Source: Paludibacteraceae bacterium (GTDB lineage Bacteria > Bacteroidota > Bacteroidia > Bacteroidales > Paludibacteraceae). Taken from it: 64,000 nucleotides of DNA. Below, piece after piece: positions 47,643-57,685 of this stretch. The DNA is taken from contig JAKSNW010000004.1 in NCBI GenBank assembly GCA_024405895.1, forward strand, positions 32,827 to 96,826, in the 5' to 3' direction. A program made the translations under genes and the position numbers. The notes under the pieces were generated by a model, which worked only from the letters and a program-made list of their open reading frames with translations, made no database searches and was not told the DNA's origin. Each line of letters opens with the position of its first letter. The first letter of the stretch is position 1.

Positions 47643-48728
47643 TCATTTCGTGGATTTTTTTTGATAATGTTGGTGCATTCTTGCTACTTTCGTTGCTATA
47701 GTTTGACGCAGGATATCGGGCGACACGACTTCGTAGGCTTCTCCCATCTGCAACAAGCGGCCAACGAACTCCTGGTTCGGACGAACGTGCAACTTGATTT
47801 CGCCATAGCACCGACCATCGTGCTCGCCGAAGTCAACAACAGTCTCCTGAGAGTGGTGAATACGTTTGGTTGTAGTGAGATTGAACATGTACGAACTGTG
47901 AATGCGCACAACAACGTCTTCCGGCTTGCTATTCGGGGCGATGCTCACACCATAGATATCGTTAAAGAATTTCTTGTAGTAATCGGGCGAGGCCGAGACA
48001 TATTTCTTGCCATGACAATATCTCGGTTTTCCCTGGATGCGGTCGATGGCTATATTAAAGCCTTCATGAGGGGCATCAGTAACATCTTCTTCTACATAGC
48101 CGAAGAGAAACCATCGGAGGTTAAACTCTTTCAGATACTGAGGATGAAACGTCAGCGTAAGAATCTCTTCGTATTTAGCATTGTACCTGATGGTAAGCAC
48201 CTGACGGTTGACGATGGCTTCGTGCAGGAAGGGGAGCAGTTCTATGTTGGTAAGGCTGTGGTTGAGACTGCTGCTAATGGCCTCCTTTCCCTTTTCCTTT
48301 CGGTGTCTTATCTCAAGCAATTCTTTGTCGTCCTGAAAATAGTGTTCTACCCAAGAAAAAGGAAAAAATCCGGCTGAGTCGACACAGAACTGAACGAAGC
48401 GTTTGAGGTCTTCTCGCGACTTTTGCTCACGAAGAGACCTAAGCGGATCGTCTGTCGGCCCCACATATCTATACGTTTTGTTTTTGTTGTTGCCTTTTTT
48501 CTCTATGGCATTTTCACCTAATTGTTCGACCAGCCATGAAAAGGCTTTCTTGCATTCGCCATAACCGTCTCGGTTGCTAATGGGTACCAGCTCGTCACCA
48601 TCCCAATCGGGATCTTGGCGGAAGATATCAGCATAGGAGAACTCTCTACCCGACATCAGCAAATTGTAGATGATGGCGGTATATTTCGATTTTTGGCCTT
48701 TTCCTAAAAAGCAATTACTCTCTGACAT
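47643..48728 (-). CDS. WYL domain-containing putative transcriptional regulator (paralog A)
   Basis: 361 aa and collinear with paralog B over the full length (VLTIRYNAKYEEILTLTFHPQYLKEFNLRWFLFGY...FNIAIDRIQGKPR). Confidence 0.8.
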   Translation of the reverse strand: MSESNCFLGKGQKSKYTAIIYNLLMSGREFSYADIFRQDPDWDGDELVPISNRDGYGECKKAFSWLVEQLGENAIEKKGNNKNKTYRYVGPTDDPLRSLREQKSREDLKRFVQFCVDSAGFFPFSWVEHYFQDDKELLEIRHRKEKGKEAISSSLNHSLTNIELLPFLHEAIVNRQVLTIRYNAKYEEILTLTFHPQYLKEFNLRWFLFGYVEEDVTDAPHEGFNIAIDRIQGKPRYCHGKKYVSASPDYYKKFFNDIYGVSIAPNSKPEDVVVRIHSSYMFNLTTTKRIHHSQETVVDFGEHDGRCYGEIKLHVRPNQEFVGRLLQMGEAYEVVSPDILRQTIATKVARMHQHYQKKSTK

Positions 48729-48813
48729 AAGTTTTAATTATGCGTGATTCTTTTTGTAAGGCTGAATGTAGAACTTTTATTTTCTAACACTTACGTTCCA
48801 CAACTCAACTTCG

Positions 48814-48821
48814 CAAATATA
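48814..48821 (-). promoter_or_regulatory. -7 promoter box (TATATTTG on the minus strand) upstream of WYL gene A
   Basis: CAAATATA on plus, about 86 nt upstream of the ATG at 48728. Confidence 0.35.
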
Positions 48822-48886
48822 CTTATTTTTCTTAAATAGCGAAACAATTATACACAAAATTTATCTGCGTTAGACTTTTATAAAGC

Positions 48887-48918
48887 AATGGCTGACTTCG
48901 TTTCCGAGGCCAGCCATT
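48887..48918 (-). terminator. hairpin downstream of clpC-like; right bracket of the accessory block
   Basis: 14-bp imperfect stem AATGGCTGACTTCG / CGAGGCCAGCCATT with a 4-nt loop. Its first 16 nt match the 38380 hairpin at 14 of 16 positions. Confidence 0.5.
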
Positions 48919-48943
48919 GTTAGTATTAACGTTATATATTCAA

Positions 48944-51532
48944 TTATTCTATCACTTTCAGTGTATCATTCTCTTTGTCTATGTCGAGGGTGATTGTTGT
49001 TGGATGGGTTGGATGCAAGAGAAGGTATTCCGTCAAGACGGATTCGACATGGTGTTGGATTGCTCGTTTCAGCGGACGAGCGCCAAATTGAACATCATAA
49101 CCCTTGTCTGCAAGGAAGTCTTTTGCTGCAGGTGTTAGGTCGAGTTGGAGGTTCATGGCTGAGGTTCTTGTCATGAGTTCCGCCAATTCAAGGTCTACGA
49201 TACGAAGGATTGATTCCTTGTTCAAAGAATCGAACATCACGATATCATCCACACGGTTCAAGAATTCTGGAGAGAATGTCTTACGCAATGCTTTTTGCAC
49301 AACATCATGTTCACGCAGTTTCACATCAGTACTTGACAAAGTGAAACCGACACCACGACCAAATTCTTTCAGTTGACGTGTGCCTGCATTGGATGTCATT
49401 ATAATAATTGTATTCTTGAAATCCACGCGGCGACCGAGGCTATCTGTCAAATGACCTTCATCCATCACTTGCAGCAAGAGATTGAATACATCCGAATGAG
49501 CCTTTTCTATCTCATCCAACAACAGAATTGAATATGGTTTACGACGAACCTGCTCTGTCAGTTGTCCACCCTCCTCGTAACCCACATATCCTGGAGGAGC
49601 ACCGATGAGTCTGGAGACACTGAATTTCTCCATAAACTCACTCATATCAACACGAATCAACGCATCAGCAGAGCCAAACATATATTCTGCCAGACGTTTT
49701 GCCAAGAGTGTCTTACCAATACCGGTAGGACCAAGGAAGATAAAATTGCCTATTGGTTTATTAGGATCCTTCAAACCGATTCGGCTACGTTGAATAGCGC
49801 GTACTACCGTCTCCACAGCCCCATCCTGTCCAATAACCGTTCCTTTGAGTGCATTGCCCATCTGAGCCAAGCGCTCATTCTCTGCCTGAGCTACACGTTG
49901 AACAGGCACACCAGTCATCACAGCAACCGTCTGCGCCATATCATCTTCCGTAACAGGTACGCGGTTTTCGTCTTGACGACGCATCCACTCCTTTTGCAAA
50001 GCACGAAGATTTTCGGTCATCTGCTGTTCACGGTCGCGAAGAATAGCCGCATCCTCAAAATTCTGATTACTTGCTGCAGCCTGCTTAGCTTCGGTAATCT
50101 GACGAATCTCACGTTCCAGATCCTCAAACTCGGCAGGCAGTTTTGCATTCATCACATGCATACGTGCACCAGCCTCATCCAAAGCATCAATAGCTTTGTC
50201 AGGAAATGCACGGTCGGAAACATAGCGCTCTGTCAAATCCACACAAGCAGCCAATGCTTCAGGTGTATAGACAACCTTATGATGGTCCTCATAGCGCGAT
50301 TTCACGTTCTCCAGAATCACCAAAGTCTCTTCTTTAGTTGTCGGCTCAACGAGCACCTTTTGGAAACGGCGTTCCAATGCTCCATCCTTCTCAATTTTCT
50401 GATGATATTCTCGAGAAGTCGTTGCGCCAATGCACTGGATCTTACCTCTGGAGAGAGCTGGTTTCAAGATATTTGCAGCATCAAGCGAGCCCTCTGCTCC
50501 ACCAGCACCAACTATCGTATGAATCTCATCGATGAAGAGAATTATCTCGTCATGTTCCTCGAGTTCATCCACAATCTTACGGATACGGTCCTCAAACTGA
50601 CCACGATACTTCGTACCAGCCACCAAGACAGCCATATCCAATTGTACAATTCGTTTGCCTTGAAGCACCTGACTCACTTTCTTGTCAACAATACGTTGTG
50701 CAAGGCCTTCTACAATAGCCGATTTGCCAACGCCAGGTTCACCGATGAGCACAGGATTATTCTTTTTTCTACGACTGAGAATCTGAATCACACGTTCAAG
50801 CTCGCGTTCACGGCCAACCATCGGGTCAAACTGCCCTTGCGAAGCCGCCAAAGTCATATCCTTGCTGTAGCTATCGAGCGCTGGCGTACTACCTTTCTTC
50901 TGATTCTCGCCTTTCTTATTCTCTTCAATATGAGGAATGAACGAATCGGAGCCGTCCTCTTTGTCTTCCTCGTCGAAAACCAAATCCTTCGGTTCTTCTC
51001 TCTTTTCTATTGATTTGATTTCATCAATCGGCTTCTCCTCTGGTTTCTGCTCCATTGGATGCTGTTGATTATCGTTTTCTTTCATGTTCGAATTACTTCC
51101 TTCTACTATTTGATCATAGGCATCATGCAACTGCTGTATATACGGTTGCCAAATCGGGCTGTTTTCTGCCAACTTAATGATTGCCAGTAACAGATGCACC
51201 GTATCAACCTGCTGACTGCCCATATGTAAAGCCTCCAGACAAGCCATCTTCTGTAGCGTCAGATATTCCGGCATTGCGGCACGTGCCGAAGTCTGATTGG
51301 AGGTATCATGCTTCCCGTTTTCGTCTTGCTTTGTCATCGACTGCTCTATAGTCTGCTTGATTTCGGGATATGGAACAAACAGACGACGCATTGACTCCAT
51401 GGCAGTACATTGAGGCAAACGGAGCAGAGCCAGAAAGACATGTTCTTTTCCCAGCGTTGACGACCCCAAGCGTTCTGCCTCTTGAGCAGAATAGTTGAGA
51501 ACCTCTGATGCTTCGTTTGTAAATGAATACAT
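48944..51532 (-). CDS. ClpC-like AAA+ chaperone / Clp protease ATP-binding subunit
   Basis: 862 aa with a Clp N-domain, two AAA+ modules ([18 protein letters not shown]) and a short UVR-like middle region. The N-domain to NBD1 linker is long and charged. Confidence 0.88.
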   Translation of the reverse strand: MYSFTNEASEVLNYSAQEAERLGSSTLGKEHVFLALLRLPQCTAMESMRRLFVPYPEIKQTIEQSMTKQDENGKHDTSNQTSARAAMPEYLTLQKMACLEALHMGSQQVDTVHLLLAIIKLAENSPIWQPYIQQLHDAYDQIVEGSNSNMKENDNQQHPMEQKPEEKPIDEIKSIEKREEPKDLVFDEEDKEDGSDSFIPHIEENKKGENQKKGSTPALDSYSKDMTLAASQGQFDPMVGRERELERVIQILSRRKKNNPVLIGEPGVGKSAIVEGLAQRIVDKKVSQVLQGKRIVQLDMAVLVAGTKYRGQFEDRIRKIVDELEEHDEIILFIDEIHTIVGAGGAEGSLDAANILKPALSRGKIQCIGATTSREYHQKIEKDGALERRFQKVLVEPTTKEETLVILENVKSRYEDHHKVVYTPEALAACVDLTERYVSDRAFPDKAIDALDEAGARMHVMNAKLPAEFEDLEREIRQITEAKQAAASNQNFEDAAILRDREQQMTENLRALQKEWMRRQDENRVPVTEDDMAQTVAVMTGVPVQRVAQAENERLAQMGNALKGTVIGQDGAVETVVRAIQRSRIGLKDPNKPIGNFIFLGPTGIGKTLLAKRLAEYMFGSADALIRVDMSEFMEKFSVSRLIGAPPGYVGYEEGGQLTEQVRRKPYSILLLDEIEKAHSDVFNLLLQVMDEGHLTDSLGRRVDFKNTIIIMTSNAGTRQLKEFGRGVGFTLSSTDVKLREHDVVQKALRKTFSPEFLNRVDDIVMFDSLNKESILRIVDLELAELMTRTSAMNLQLDLTPAAKDFLADKGYDVQFGARPLKRAIQHHVESVLTEYLLLHPTHPTTITLDIDKENDTLKVIE

Positions 51533-51545
51533 AGCCTACGTCAGT

Positions 51546-52202
51546 TTATGCTTTGCGTAATGTTTCCTTAAAATTATCTATCATTCCCTTGACACGCCAT
51601 TCGATAAGGTTGCGATAGCGACGGTTTGTCACGAAGATATTGAAAAACCATCCGAATGTCACATAGCAATCGAATTGCAAGGTCACGATTCCATTGTCAT
51701 TCTTTACTAAAAGTGTGCCATTTGCCTTTTTCAGCAACGAGCTGGAATAAAGAATATCCATCGTCGTAGTCGATTCGAAGTCATTGTGAAGTTTTTTCAC
51801 AATCTTACTCTTCACGGGCACATCCTTAAATGTCTTGACACCTGGCACTTCCACATTCATCCAGAGCGTTCCTACCGATGTCAGTGGGTCAAACTCTGTC
51901 TTGGTAAAATGTAATTGCACCTCTTTGCGTTCCTTCTGCTTCTGTTCATTGCCCAACCCTTTGAACACCCACTCAAACAGTAGGTCAGGGTCAGTTCTGA
52001 ACTGATATATCAACAGATCAACCAGACTGTCTGCCTTTGCTGCATCGGCTTTCACGCTACGAATACAACAGGTATGATACGTACCACTCTTATAGGTTGT
52101 ACAGAGGGTATCGCGTCGGGAAGCATGGGCAGAAGAGACCACACATAACAACACGAAAATCAATCCAAAAAGTCGGATTTTTGTAGCAGACAAGTTCAAC
52201 AT
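51546..52202 (-). CDS. secreted hypothetical protein
   Basis: 218 aa with an N-terminal signal peptide (LIFVLLCVVSSAHA). No family recognised. Confidence 0.6.
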   Translation of the reverse strand: MLNLSATKIRLFGLIFVLLCVVSSAHASRRDTLCTTYKSGTYHTCCIRSVKADAAKADSLVDLLIYQFRTDPDLLFEWVFKGLGNEQKQKERKEVQLHFTKTEFDPLTSVGTLWMNVEVPGVKTFKDVPVKSKIVKKLHNDFESTTTMDILYSSSLLKKANGTLLVKNDNGIVTLQFDCYVTFGWFFNIFVTNRRYRNLIEWRVKGMIDNFKETLRKA

Positions 52203-52311
52203 ATCTGAATTAGCCGATTATAAATCGGTCAGTTTTATAATGGCAAAAAGCAGGAGTTCACCCATTGTGTGTGCTCCCACTTTTCGTATGATTTTTTCCG
52301 TTTACGGTCAA

Positions 52312-53688
52312 TTAGAATCCGCTGTAGGAAATTTCAATTCGCATTGGCGAATAGCTGTTCGATGAGTTACGAACCGAAGCAGCACTCAACTGTTTCATCG
52401 GACGAATTGAAGAAACAGAATTTGATGTAATGCCATTGACAACAGACACAGGCAACACAGTCATCTTCAGCACCTCGTCGTAGTTGGTTGGATCTTCACG
52501 CAAGCGTTTTGCCAACAGATAGGCAAGGTCGAACTGATACTCCTTGTTAGGCACGATGGAATAATAACCCACCACCTTGTCGATATCCGAAGAGGTTGGA
52601 ACAGCATTAGATTTCACAAACTCTTCCACCTTGTCGGATGGTAACATCAGCAGATAGGAGAACATTGGAAGATTGCGTGTTGTAAGGTCTACATTAGTTA
52701 CCTCAAACGAAAGCAACGCACTGTTCATCATCATCATCTTGTTGCCGATGCTGTCGTGAATACGGCGACGCATCTCACCGATTGGAATCTCCACTTCGGT
52801 ATAAATACCGCCGGCAGCCTTGATGACATTGACGCTGTCAATCTTGTTCAGGAACTGCTCACGGTTTGGGTGCGAGATGGCATTCAACTGACGAACTTCA
52901 TGTGATGCAGGATAGGTGATATAGGTTGACATCACAGTGTCCACACCATTTTTCTTGTAGGTATAATGGTAGAACAATTGGAGATAAACCTCTCGAAGAT
53001 ACAGCATTGTAGACTGTCCGTAAGACATGGTCATGTAAATGCCCTTGAACTCGTTGAGAAATTTCTCACGCGATTCATATACCGATTTAGGCATATTGAA
53101 GAAGCGTTGCAACTGCTCGTTTGTAAACTTGTACGAGATATATGGTTGGAAATCTTCGTCGTCAATTTGTTCGTTTGTCAAGGTCTGGTCAATACTGGTG
53201 CTGATGCGCTTGCCCATCAGGATAGAACGGTCGCAATAGTCGTTGACATTGAGGTCGGAGAGATACTGCTTATTGTACTCAATATTTCCCGAAGTCATCT
53301 CATAGACAGCAATCTCAAATGGCTCGTTCTTTGAACCGCAGAAGCCGTTGTAAGTCAACGTAAGCACCAAGGAATCAGGCGTTGGGTTGAGTGCATCGGC
53401 AGGGAAGTTATAGCCCTCTGGTGGCATAAACTGCACCAACAAATCAGCCTTTGTGCCGCCATAGCGAGCGTTATAGAAATTGCCAAGCAACATAGCCGAT
53501 GTATCGCATTGGGCAGACACTGGAGGAGCTGCCACATCGCGTGAAATCACATCGAACACATCCACCACTGCAGCTATTGCGTCAGAATCCGGTTGAATCT
53601 CAATACCAACGATATTGCTGTTTTGTGAGCAGCCCATTGCTAAAAGAGCCACCACGAAAGCAACGATAGAAATATATAATTTTCTCAT
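52312..53688 (-). CDS. lipoprotein, possibly DUF4270 family
   Basis: The ATG at 53688 gives MRKLYISIVAFVVALLAMGC (lipobox). The size and Bacteroidota context suggest DUF4270; not verified. Confidence 0.6.
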   Translation of the reverse strand: MRKLYISIVAFVVALLAMGCSQNSNIVGIEIQPDSDAIAAVVDVFDVISRDVAAPPVSAQCDTSAMLLGNFYNARYGGTKADLLVQFMPPEGYNFPADALNPTPDSLVLTLTYNGFCGSKNEPFEIAVYEMTSGNIEYNKQYLSDLNVNDYCDRSILMGKRISTSIDQTLTNEQIDDEDFQPYISYKFTNEQLQRFFNMPKSVYESREKFLNEFKGIYMTMSYGQSTMLYLREVYLQLFYHYTYKKNGVDTVMSTYITYPASHEVRQLNAISHPNREQFLNKIDSVNVIKAAGGIYTEVEIPIGEMRRRIHDSIGNKMMMMNSALLSFEVTNVDLTTRNLPMFSYLLMLPSDKVEEFVKSNAVPTSSDIDKVVGYYSIVPNKEYQFDLAYLLAKRLREDPTNYDEVLKMTVLPVSVVNGITSNSVSSIRPMKQLSAASVRNSSNSYSPMRIEISYSGF

Positions 53689-53744
53689 TTTCAAAATACT
53701 TATGTGTCAGTAGGCAGCAAAGACTTCTTGCCTACACTAACGTG

Positions 53745-53752
53745 CAAAGATA
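53745..53752 (-). promoter_or_regulatory. -7 promoter box (TATCTTTG on the minus strand)
   Basis: CAAAGATA on plus, about 57 nt upstream of the ATG at 53688. Confidence 0.4.
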
Positions 53753-54285
53753 CAACATTTATTGTGGAATAGCAAATACTTTGAGGTCACAAGTTTCAAA
53801 GAAGTTTTCCACAACCCCAATATTTCCGTAAGCCTCAGCACAAGACAAAGCCATTTTGCAGCAAGAATTTCGGCAAGAAAAATCACTGCTATCATTTTGC
53901 GGAAACCATTTTCGCGATATGATTTTTCAATAACATTTTGGCAGCAAGGATTTCCGCATGCAGACTCTTCCGCACTATTTAGCGAGAACCAAATTTTGTA
54001 ATATTACACCAATAAACCATTTGGTAAACAGAACATTTGCAACAAACCCGACTCAAACATACTTGCAGAGAACAATCGCCGAATAAATTTTTACCAAACA
54101 CATTTTGCAGATGTTTTCTTGCCCAGAAAATTTTTCATTTCCGATGCGATTTATTTTCTTATTATATCCTTTCAGGCACACACCAAAAGAACCTTTCAAA
54201 AACATCCGCAAACAACAAAAAGCAGCATCCAAACACAGCAAAATATTTCAACGGACAAATCGGCAAGATTTTGCGAGATTTTTCG

Positions 54286-54293
54286 TACATTTG
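54286..54293 (+). promoter_or_regulatory. -7 promoter box TACATTTG upstream of metG
   Basis: 57 nt upstream of the ATG at 54350. Confidence 0.4.
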
Positions 54294-54349
54294 CACATTA
54301 TAAATTAGGCTCAACATGTTTGGGCGACTACACACATAAATCACAGAAA

Positions 54350-56410
54350 ATGAAATCGTTTAAGAGAACTCTTATCACATCCGCACTCCCTTATGCCAAC
54401 GGTCCTGTTCACATCGGACACTTGGCAGGTGTCTATGTACCAGCCGACATCTATGCACGTTATCTCCGTCTCAAAGGCGAAGAGGTGATGTTTGTTGGCG
54501 GCAGCGACGAGCACGGTGTGCCCATCACTATTAAAGCAAGAAAAGAGGGCGTTACCCCACAAGATATCGTTGACCGCTATCACGGCATCATCAAAAAATC
54601 ATTCGAGGGTCTCGGCATCTCATTCGATGTCTATTCACGCACAACCTCCAAAACCCACCACCAAGTAGCAGCCGACTACTTCAAGAAGCTCTATGAGAAG
54701 GGTGAGTTCATCGAGAAGACCTCTATGCAGTATTACGACGAGGAGGCTCAACAATTCCTCGCCGACCGCTATATCACCGGCGAATGTCCTCATTGTCATG
54801 CAGAAGGCGCCTATGGCGACCAATGTGAGAAATGCGGCACTTCACTCCAGCCAACCGACCTCATCAATCCTAAATCAGCCATCAGCGGCAGCAAACCGGT
54901 GATGCGTGAGACGAAACACTGGTATCTCCCTTTGGACAAGCACGAGGCTTGGCTCCGCGAATGGATTCTTGAGAATCACAAAGAGTGGAAGACCAACGTC
55001 TATGGTCAGTGCAAGAGTTGGCTTGACCTCGGCTTGCAGCCTCGTGCAGTTAGCCGCGATCTCAACTGGGGCATCCCTGTGCCAGTGGAAGGTGCAGAAG
55101 GCAAGGTGCTCTACGTATGGTTCGACGCCCCAATCGGTTATATCAGCAACACTATCGACCTCTGCAACGAACAGCCTGAGAAATTCGGCAACTGGGAGAC
55201 CTGGTGGAAAGACGAGTCAACCCGCATGATTCACTTCATCGGCAAGGACAACATCGTGTTCCACTGCATCGTATTCCCATCTATGCTGAAAGCCGACGGC
55301 AGTTACAATCTCCCAGACAACGTGCCTGCCAACGAGTTCCTCAACCTCGAGGGCAACAAAATCTCTACCTCCAAGAACTGGGCCGTTTGGTTGCATGAGT
55401 TCCTTGAGGATATGCCTGGTCAGCAGGATGTGCTCCGCTATGTCTTGACAGCCAATGCACCTGAGACCAAGGACAACGACTTCACATGGAAAGACTATCA
55501 GACCCGCAACAACAGCGAGTTGGTGGCTATCTACGGCAACTTCGTCAACCGCGCTCTCGTGCTCACCCACAAATACTTCGAGGGTAAAGTGCCAGCCCGT
55601 GGCGAAATGACCGACTACGACAAAGAGACTCTTGCCGAGTTTGCCAAGACCATCGAGAGCATTGCTGCCAATATCGATAACTTCCGTTTCCGTGAGGCAC
55701 AACGTGAGGCTATGAATCTCGCCCGCATCGGCAACAAATACCTTGCCGACATGGAGCCTTGGAAACTTGCCAAGACCGATATGGAGCGTACTGCTACCAT
55801 CATGAATATCGCACTTCAGATTGCAGCCAACCTCTCTATCGCCTTCGAGCCATTCCTCCCATTCAGTTCTAAGAAACTGCGCGATATGCTCCACCTCGGC
55901 GATATCGACTGGACCATGCTCGGCGACTTCGACCTCATGGCTACAGGCGCTGAGATTGCACAGCCTGAGTTGCTGTTCAACAAGATTGAAGACGACCTCA
56001 TCAACTTCCAACTCCAGAAACTCGAGGAGAAGAAGAAAGCCAACGAGTTGGCAGCCTTCCAACCAGACCCTATCAAGGCGAACACCACCTTCGAGGAGTG
56101 GGAGAAAAACGATATCCGTGTAGCCACCGTCAAGGCTTGCATCAAAGTGCCTAAAGCAGACAAATTGCTGCAGTTCACCCTCGACGACGGCACAGGCACC
56201 GACCGCACCATCGTTTCAGGCATCGCCCAAAGCTATCCTAACCCAGAAGAGTTGGTTGGCATGCAGGTGCTCTTCATCGCCAACTTCCCTCCACGCAAGT
56301 TGAAAGGTGTGGAGAGCCAAGGCATGATTCTCTCTGCCGTTGATGCCGATGGCAAACTCGTGCTCGTCACCCCATCCAAACCAGTTCACGCTGGCGTAAC
56401 AGTAGGATAA
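54350..56410 (+). CDS. metG: methionine--tRNA ligase
   Basis: Starts at [27 protein letters not shown] (HIGH motif). It has a zinc knuckle ([18 protein letters not shown]), KISTSK (KMSKS) and a C-terminal tRNA-binding domain. The longer track ORF is an upstream extension. Confidence 0.93.
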   Translation: MKSFKRTLITSALPYANGPVHIGHLAGVYVPADIYARYLRLKGEEVMFVGGSDEHGVPITIKARKEGVTPQDIVDRYHGIIKKSFEGLGISFDVYSRTTSKTHHQVAADYFKKLYEKGEFIEKTSMQYYDEEAQQFLADRYITGECPHCHAEGAYGDQCEKCGTSLQPTDLINPKSAISGSKPVMRETKHWYLPLDKHEAWLREWILENHKEWKTNVYGQCKSWLDLGLQPRAVSRDLNWGIPVPVEGAEGKVLYVWFDAPIGYISNTIDLCNEQPEKFGNWETWWKDESTRMIHFIGKDNIVFHCIVFPSMLKADGSYNLPDNVPANEFLNLEGNKISTSKNWAVWLHEFLEDMPGQQDVLRYVLTANAPETKDNDFTWKDYQTRNNSELVAIYGNFVNRALVLTHKYFEGKVPARGEMTDYDKETLAEFAKTIESIAANIDNFRFREAQREAMNLARIGNKYLADMEPWKLAKTDMERTATIMNIALQIAANLSIAFEPFLPFSSKKLRDMLHLGDIDWTMLGDFDLMATGAEIAQPELLFNKIEDDLINFQLQKLEEKKKANELAAFQPDPIKANTTFEEWEKNDIRVATVKACIKVPKADKLLQFTLDDGTGTDRTIVSGIAQSYPNPEELVGMQVLFIANFPPRKLKGVESQGMILSAVDADGKLVLVTPSKPVHAGVTVG

Positions 56411-56437
56411 CATCTTTGATTCAACACCTTGGTAACT

Positions 56438-56707
56438 ATGAAAGCAAAGAAGAAGGGAAGCAAGAAAGAACCGTTGATGCGTCATACTCTGAAACGTGAG
56501 CACCGACTCTGCATTCTCCTCAACGATCAGGAGAAGAAGATGTTGGAACTCTATGTGAAGCGTTTCCGCATCCGCAACACGTCGAAGTGTGTGCGTGAGA
56601 TTCTGATGAAGACGGTGTTCGAGCAGATGGACTCCGCCTGCCCTACCCTCTTCGACCAAGGTGATTTGACTCAACCTATAGATTCAACAAATAAATTAAC
56701 GAATTAA
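56438..56707 (+). CDS. small ribbon-helix-helix-like hypothetical protein
   Basis: ATG at 56438 with a basic N-terminus. HRLCILLNDQEKKMLELYVKRFRIRNTSKCVREILMK fits a CopG/MobC-like RHH pattern. Confidence 0.5.
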   Translation: MKAKKKGSKKEPLMRHTLKREHRLCILLNDQEKKMLELYVKRFRIRNTSKCVREILMKTVFEQMDSACPTLFDQGDLTQPIDSTNKLTN

Positions 56708-56710
56708 GTG

Positions 56711-57064
56711 ATGAAAAAAGTTATCATTGCCATCTGCTTGATGCTATTGGGCTTCATGCCTACAGTCAAAGCCAGCGGAGTTCCAGCCCCTCCATATCCT
56801 ATTGAGGTGACACTTCCTGATGGTTCAACGCTCATCATCCGACTTATTGGCGATGAACGAGGCCACAAGAAATACACCGTCGACGGCTGGCAAATTCTGC
56901 AAGGCGAAGACGAATATTACTATTATGTAACAGAGGAAAAAGACGGCACCGTGACGATGACAGCCACCAAGGCTCACAACGCCCAGGACCGCCGCCGACG
57001 CGAGAAGAAGTTCTTGAAGAAAAAAGGCATCTTCCGCGAGTTGCCAAAACCACGAGAAGAATAA
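56711..57064 (+). CDS. secreted hypothetical protein
   Basis: The ATG at 56711 gives MKKVIIAICLMLLGFMPTVKA (signal peptide), and the C-terminal tail is basic. Confidence 0.55.
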   Translation: MKKVIIAICLMLLGFMPTVKASGVPAPPYPIEVTLPDGSTLIIRLIGDERGHKKYTVDGWQILQGEDEYYYYVTEEKDGTVTMTATKAHNAQDRRRREKKFLKKKGIFRELPKPREE

Positions 57065-57104
57065 AATCAACTTTATAAACTAACTCTTTAAACAATTAAA
57101 TGTT

Positions 57105-57614
57105 ATGAAGAAATTATTCGCAATCATCGCGCTCTGCCTCACTATCGGCACAGCAGCAAACGCTCAATGGTATTTGGGCGGTTCAGCAGGCATCGGAACA
57201 GCAGACAGAAACTTCGCTTTCACCTTCTCTCCAATGGCTGGCTACGAGTTCAACGACATGATGGCCGTTCAAGCAGGCCTTGGTGTCATCACAACGAACT
57301 ACTTCGGCACATACGGCACTGCCCAAGCTTGGTTCCGTTTCACACCTTGGAACAACGGTACCGTTTACATCGACCTCTTGGCTGGTGGCGAACTCTTGTT
57401 CGACGATTATGCTGATATAGCTAGCATCGGTGTTCGTCCACAACTCCGCTTCCGTGTTCATCCACAAGTAGACTTCTCTGCTACAGTTGGTCTCCTTGGC
57501 ACAGTGTACAACCCAGGCTACGGTTGGGCTTTCGCTTGCGGCGTAGCAGGTCTGTCAAGCCACACCACACTATTCATGGATGACATCTCCTTGAATGTCG
57601 TTTACAGATTCTAA
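57105..57614 (+). CDS. small outer-membrane beta-barrel protein
   Basis: 169 aa with a signal peptide ending in ANAQ, alternating beta-strand patterns and a C-terminal VVYRF. Confidence 0.7.
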   Translation: MKKLFAIIALCLTIGTAANAQWYLGGSAGIGTADRNFAFTFSPMAGYEFNDMMAVQAGLGVITTNYFGTYGTAQAWFRFTPWNNGTVYIDLLAGGELLFDDYADIASIGVRPQLRFRVHPQVDFSATVGLLGTVYNPGYGWAFACGVAGLSSHTTLFMDDISLNVVYRF

Positions 57615-57628
57615 TCAACAACTTATAC

Positions 57629-57660
57629 GGGCTTATCGTCTCGGCGGTAAGCCCTTTATT
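57629..57660 (+). terminator. putative terminator
   Basis: Stem GGGCTTA / TAAGCCC followed by TTTATT. Confidence 0.4.
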
Positions 57661-57685
57661 CTTTCACTGATAAACAACTACAAGT

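Noticed and set aside
49562-51013. 483-aa plus-strand ORF, and similar long antisense ORFs (3327..4175, 31843..32640, 55217..56062, 59484..60146, 47661..48377, 40499..40993)
   Set aside because: Each lies entirely antisense to a gene with unambiguous family motifs. Each also has low-complexity or hydrophobic composition with no recognisable domain. They are shadow ORFs.
54119-54349. 77-codon N-terminal extension of metG
   Set aside because: The extension crosses the TACATTTG promoter box and a low-complexity intergenic sequence. [24 protein letters not shown] is the canonical MetRS start.
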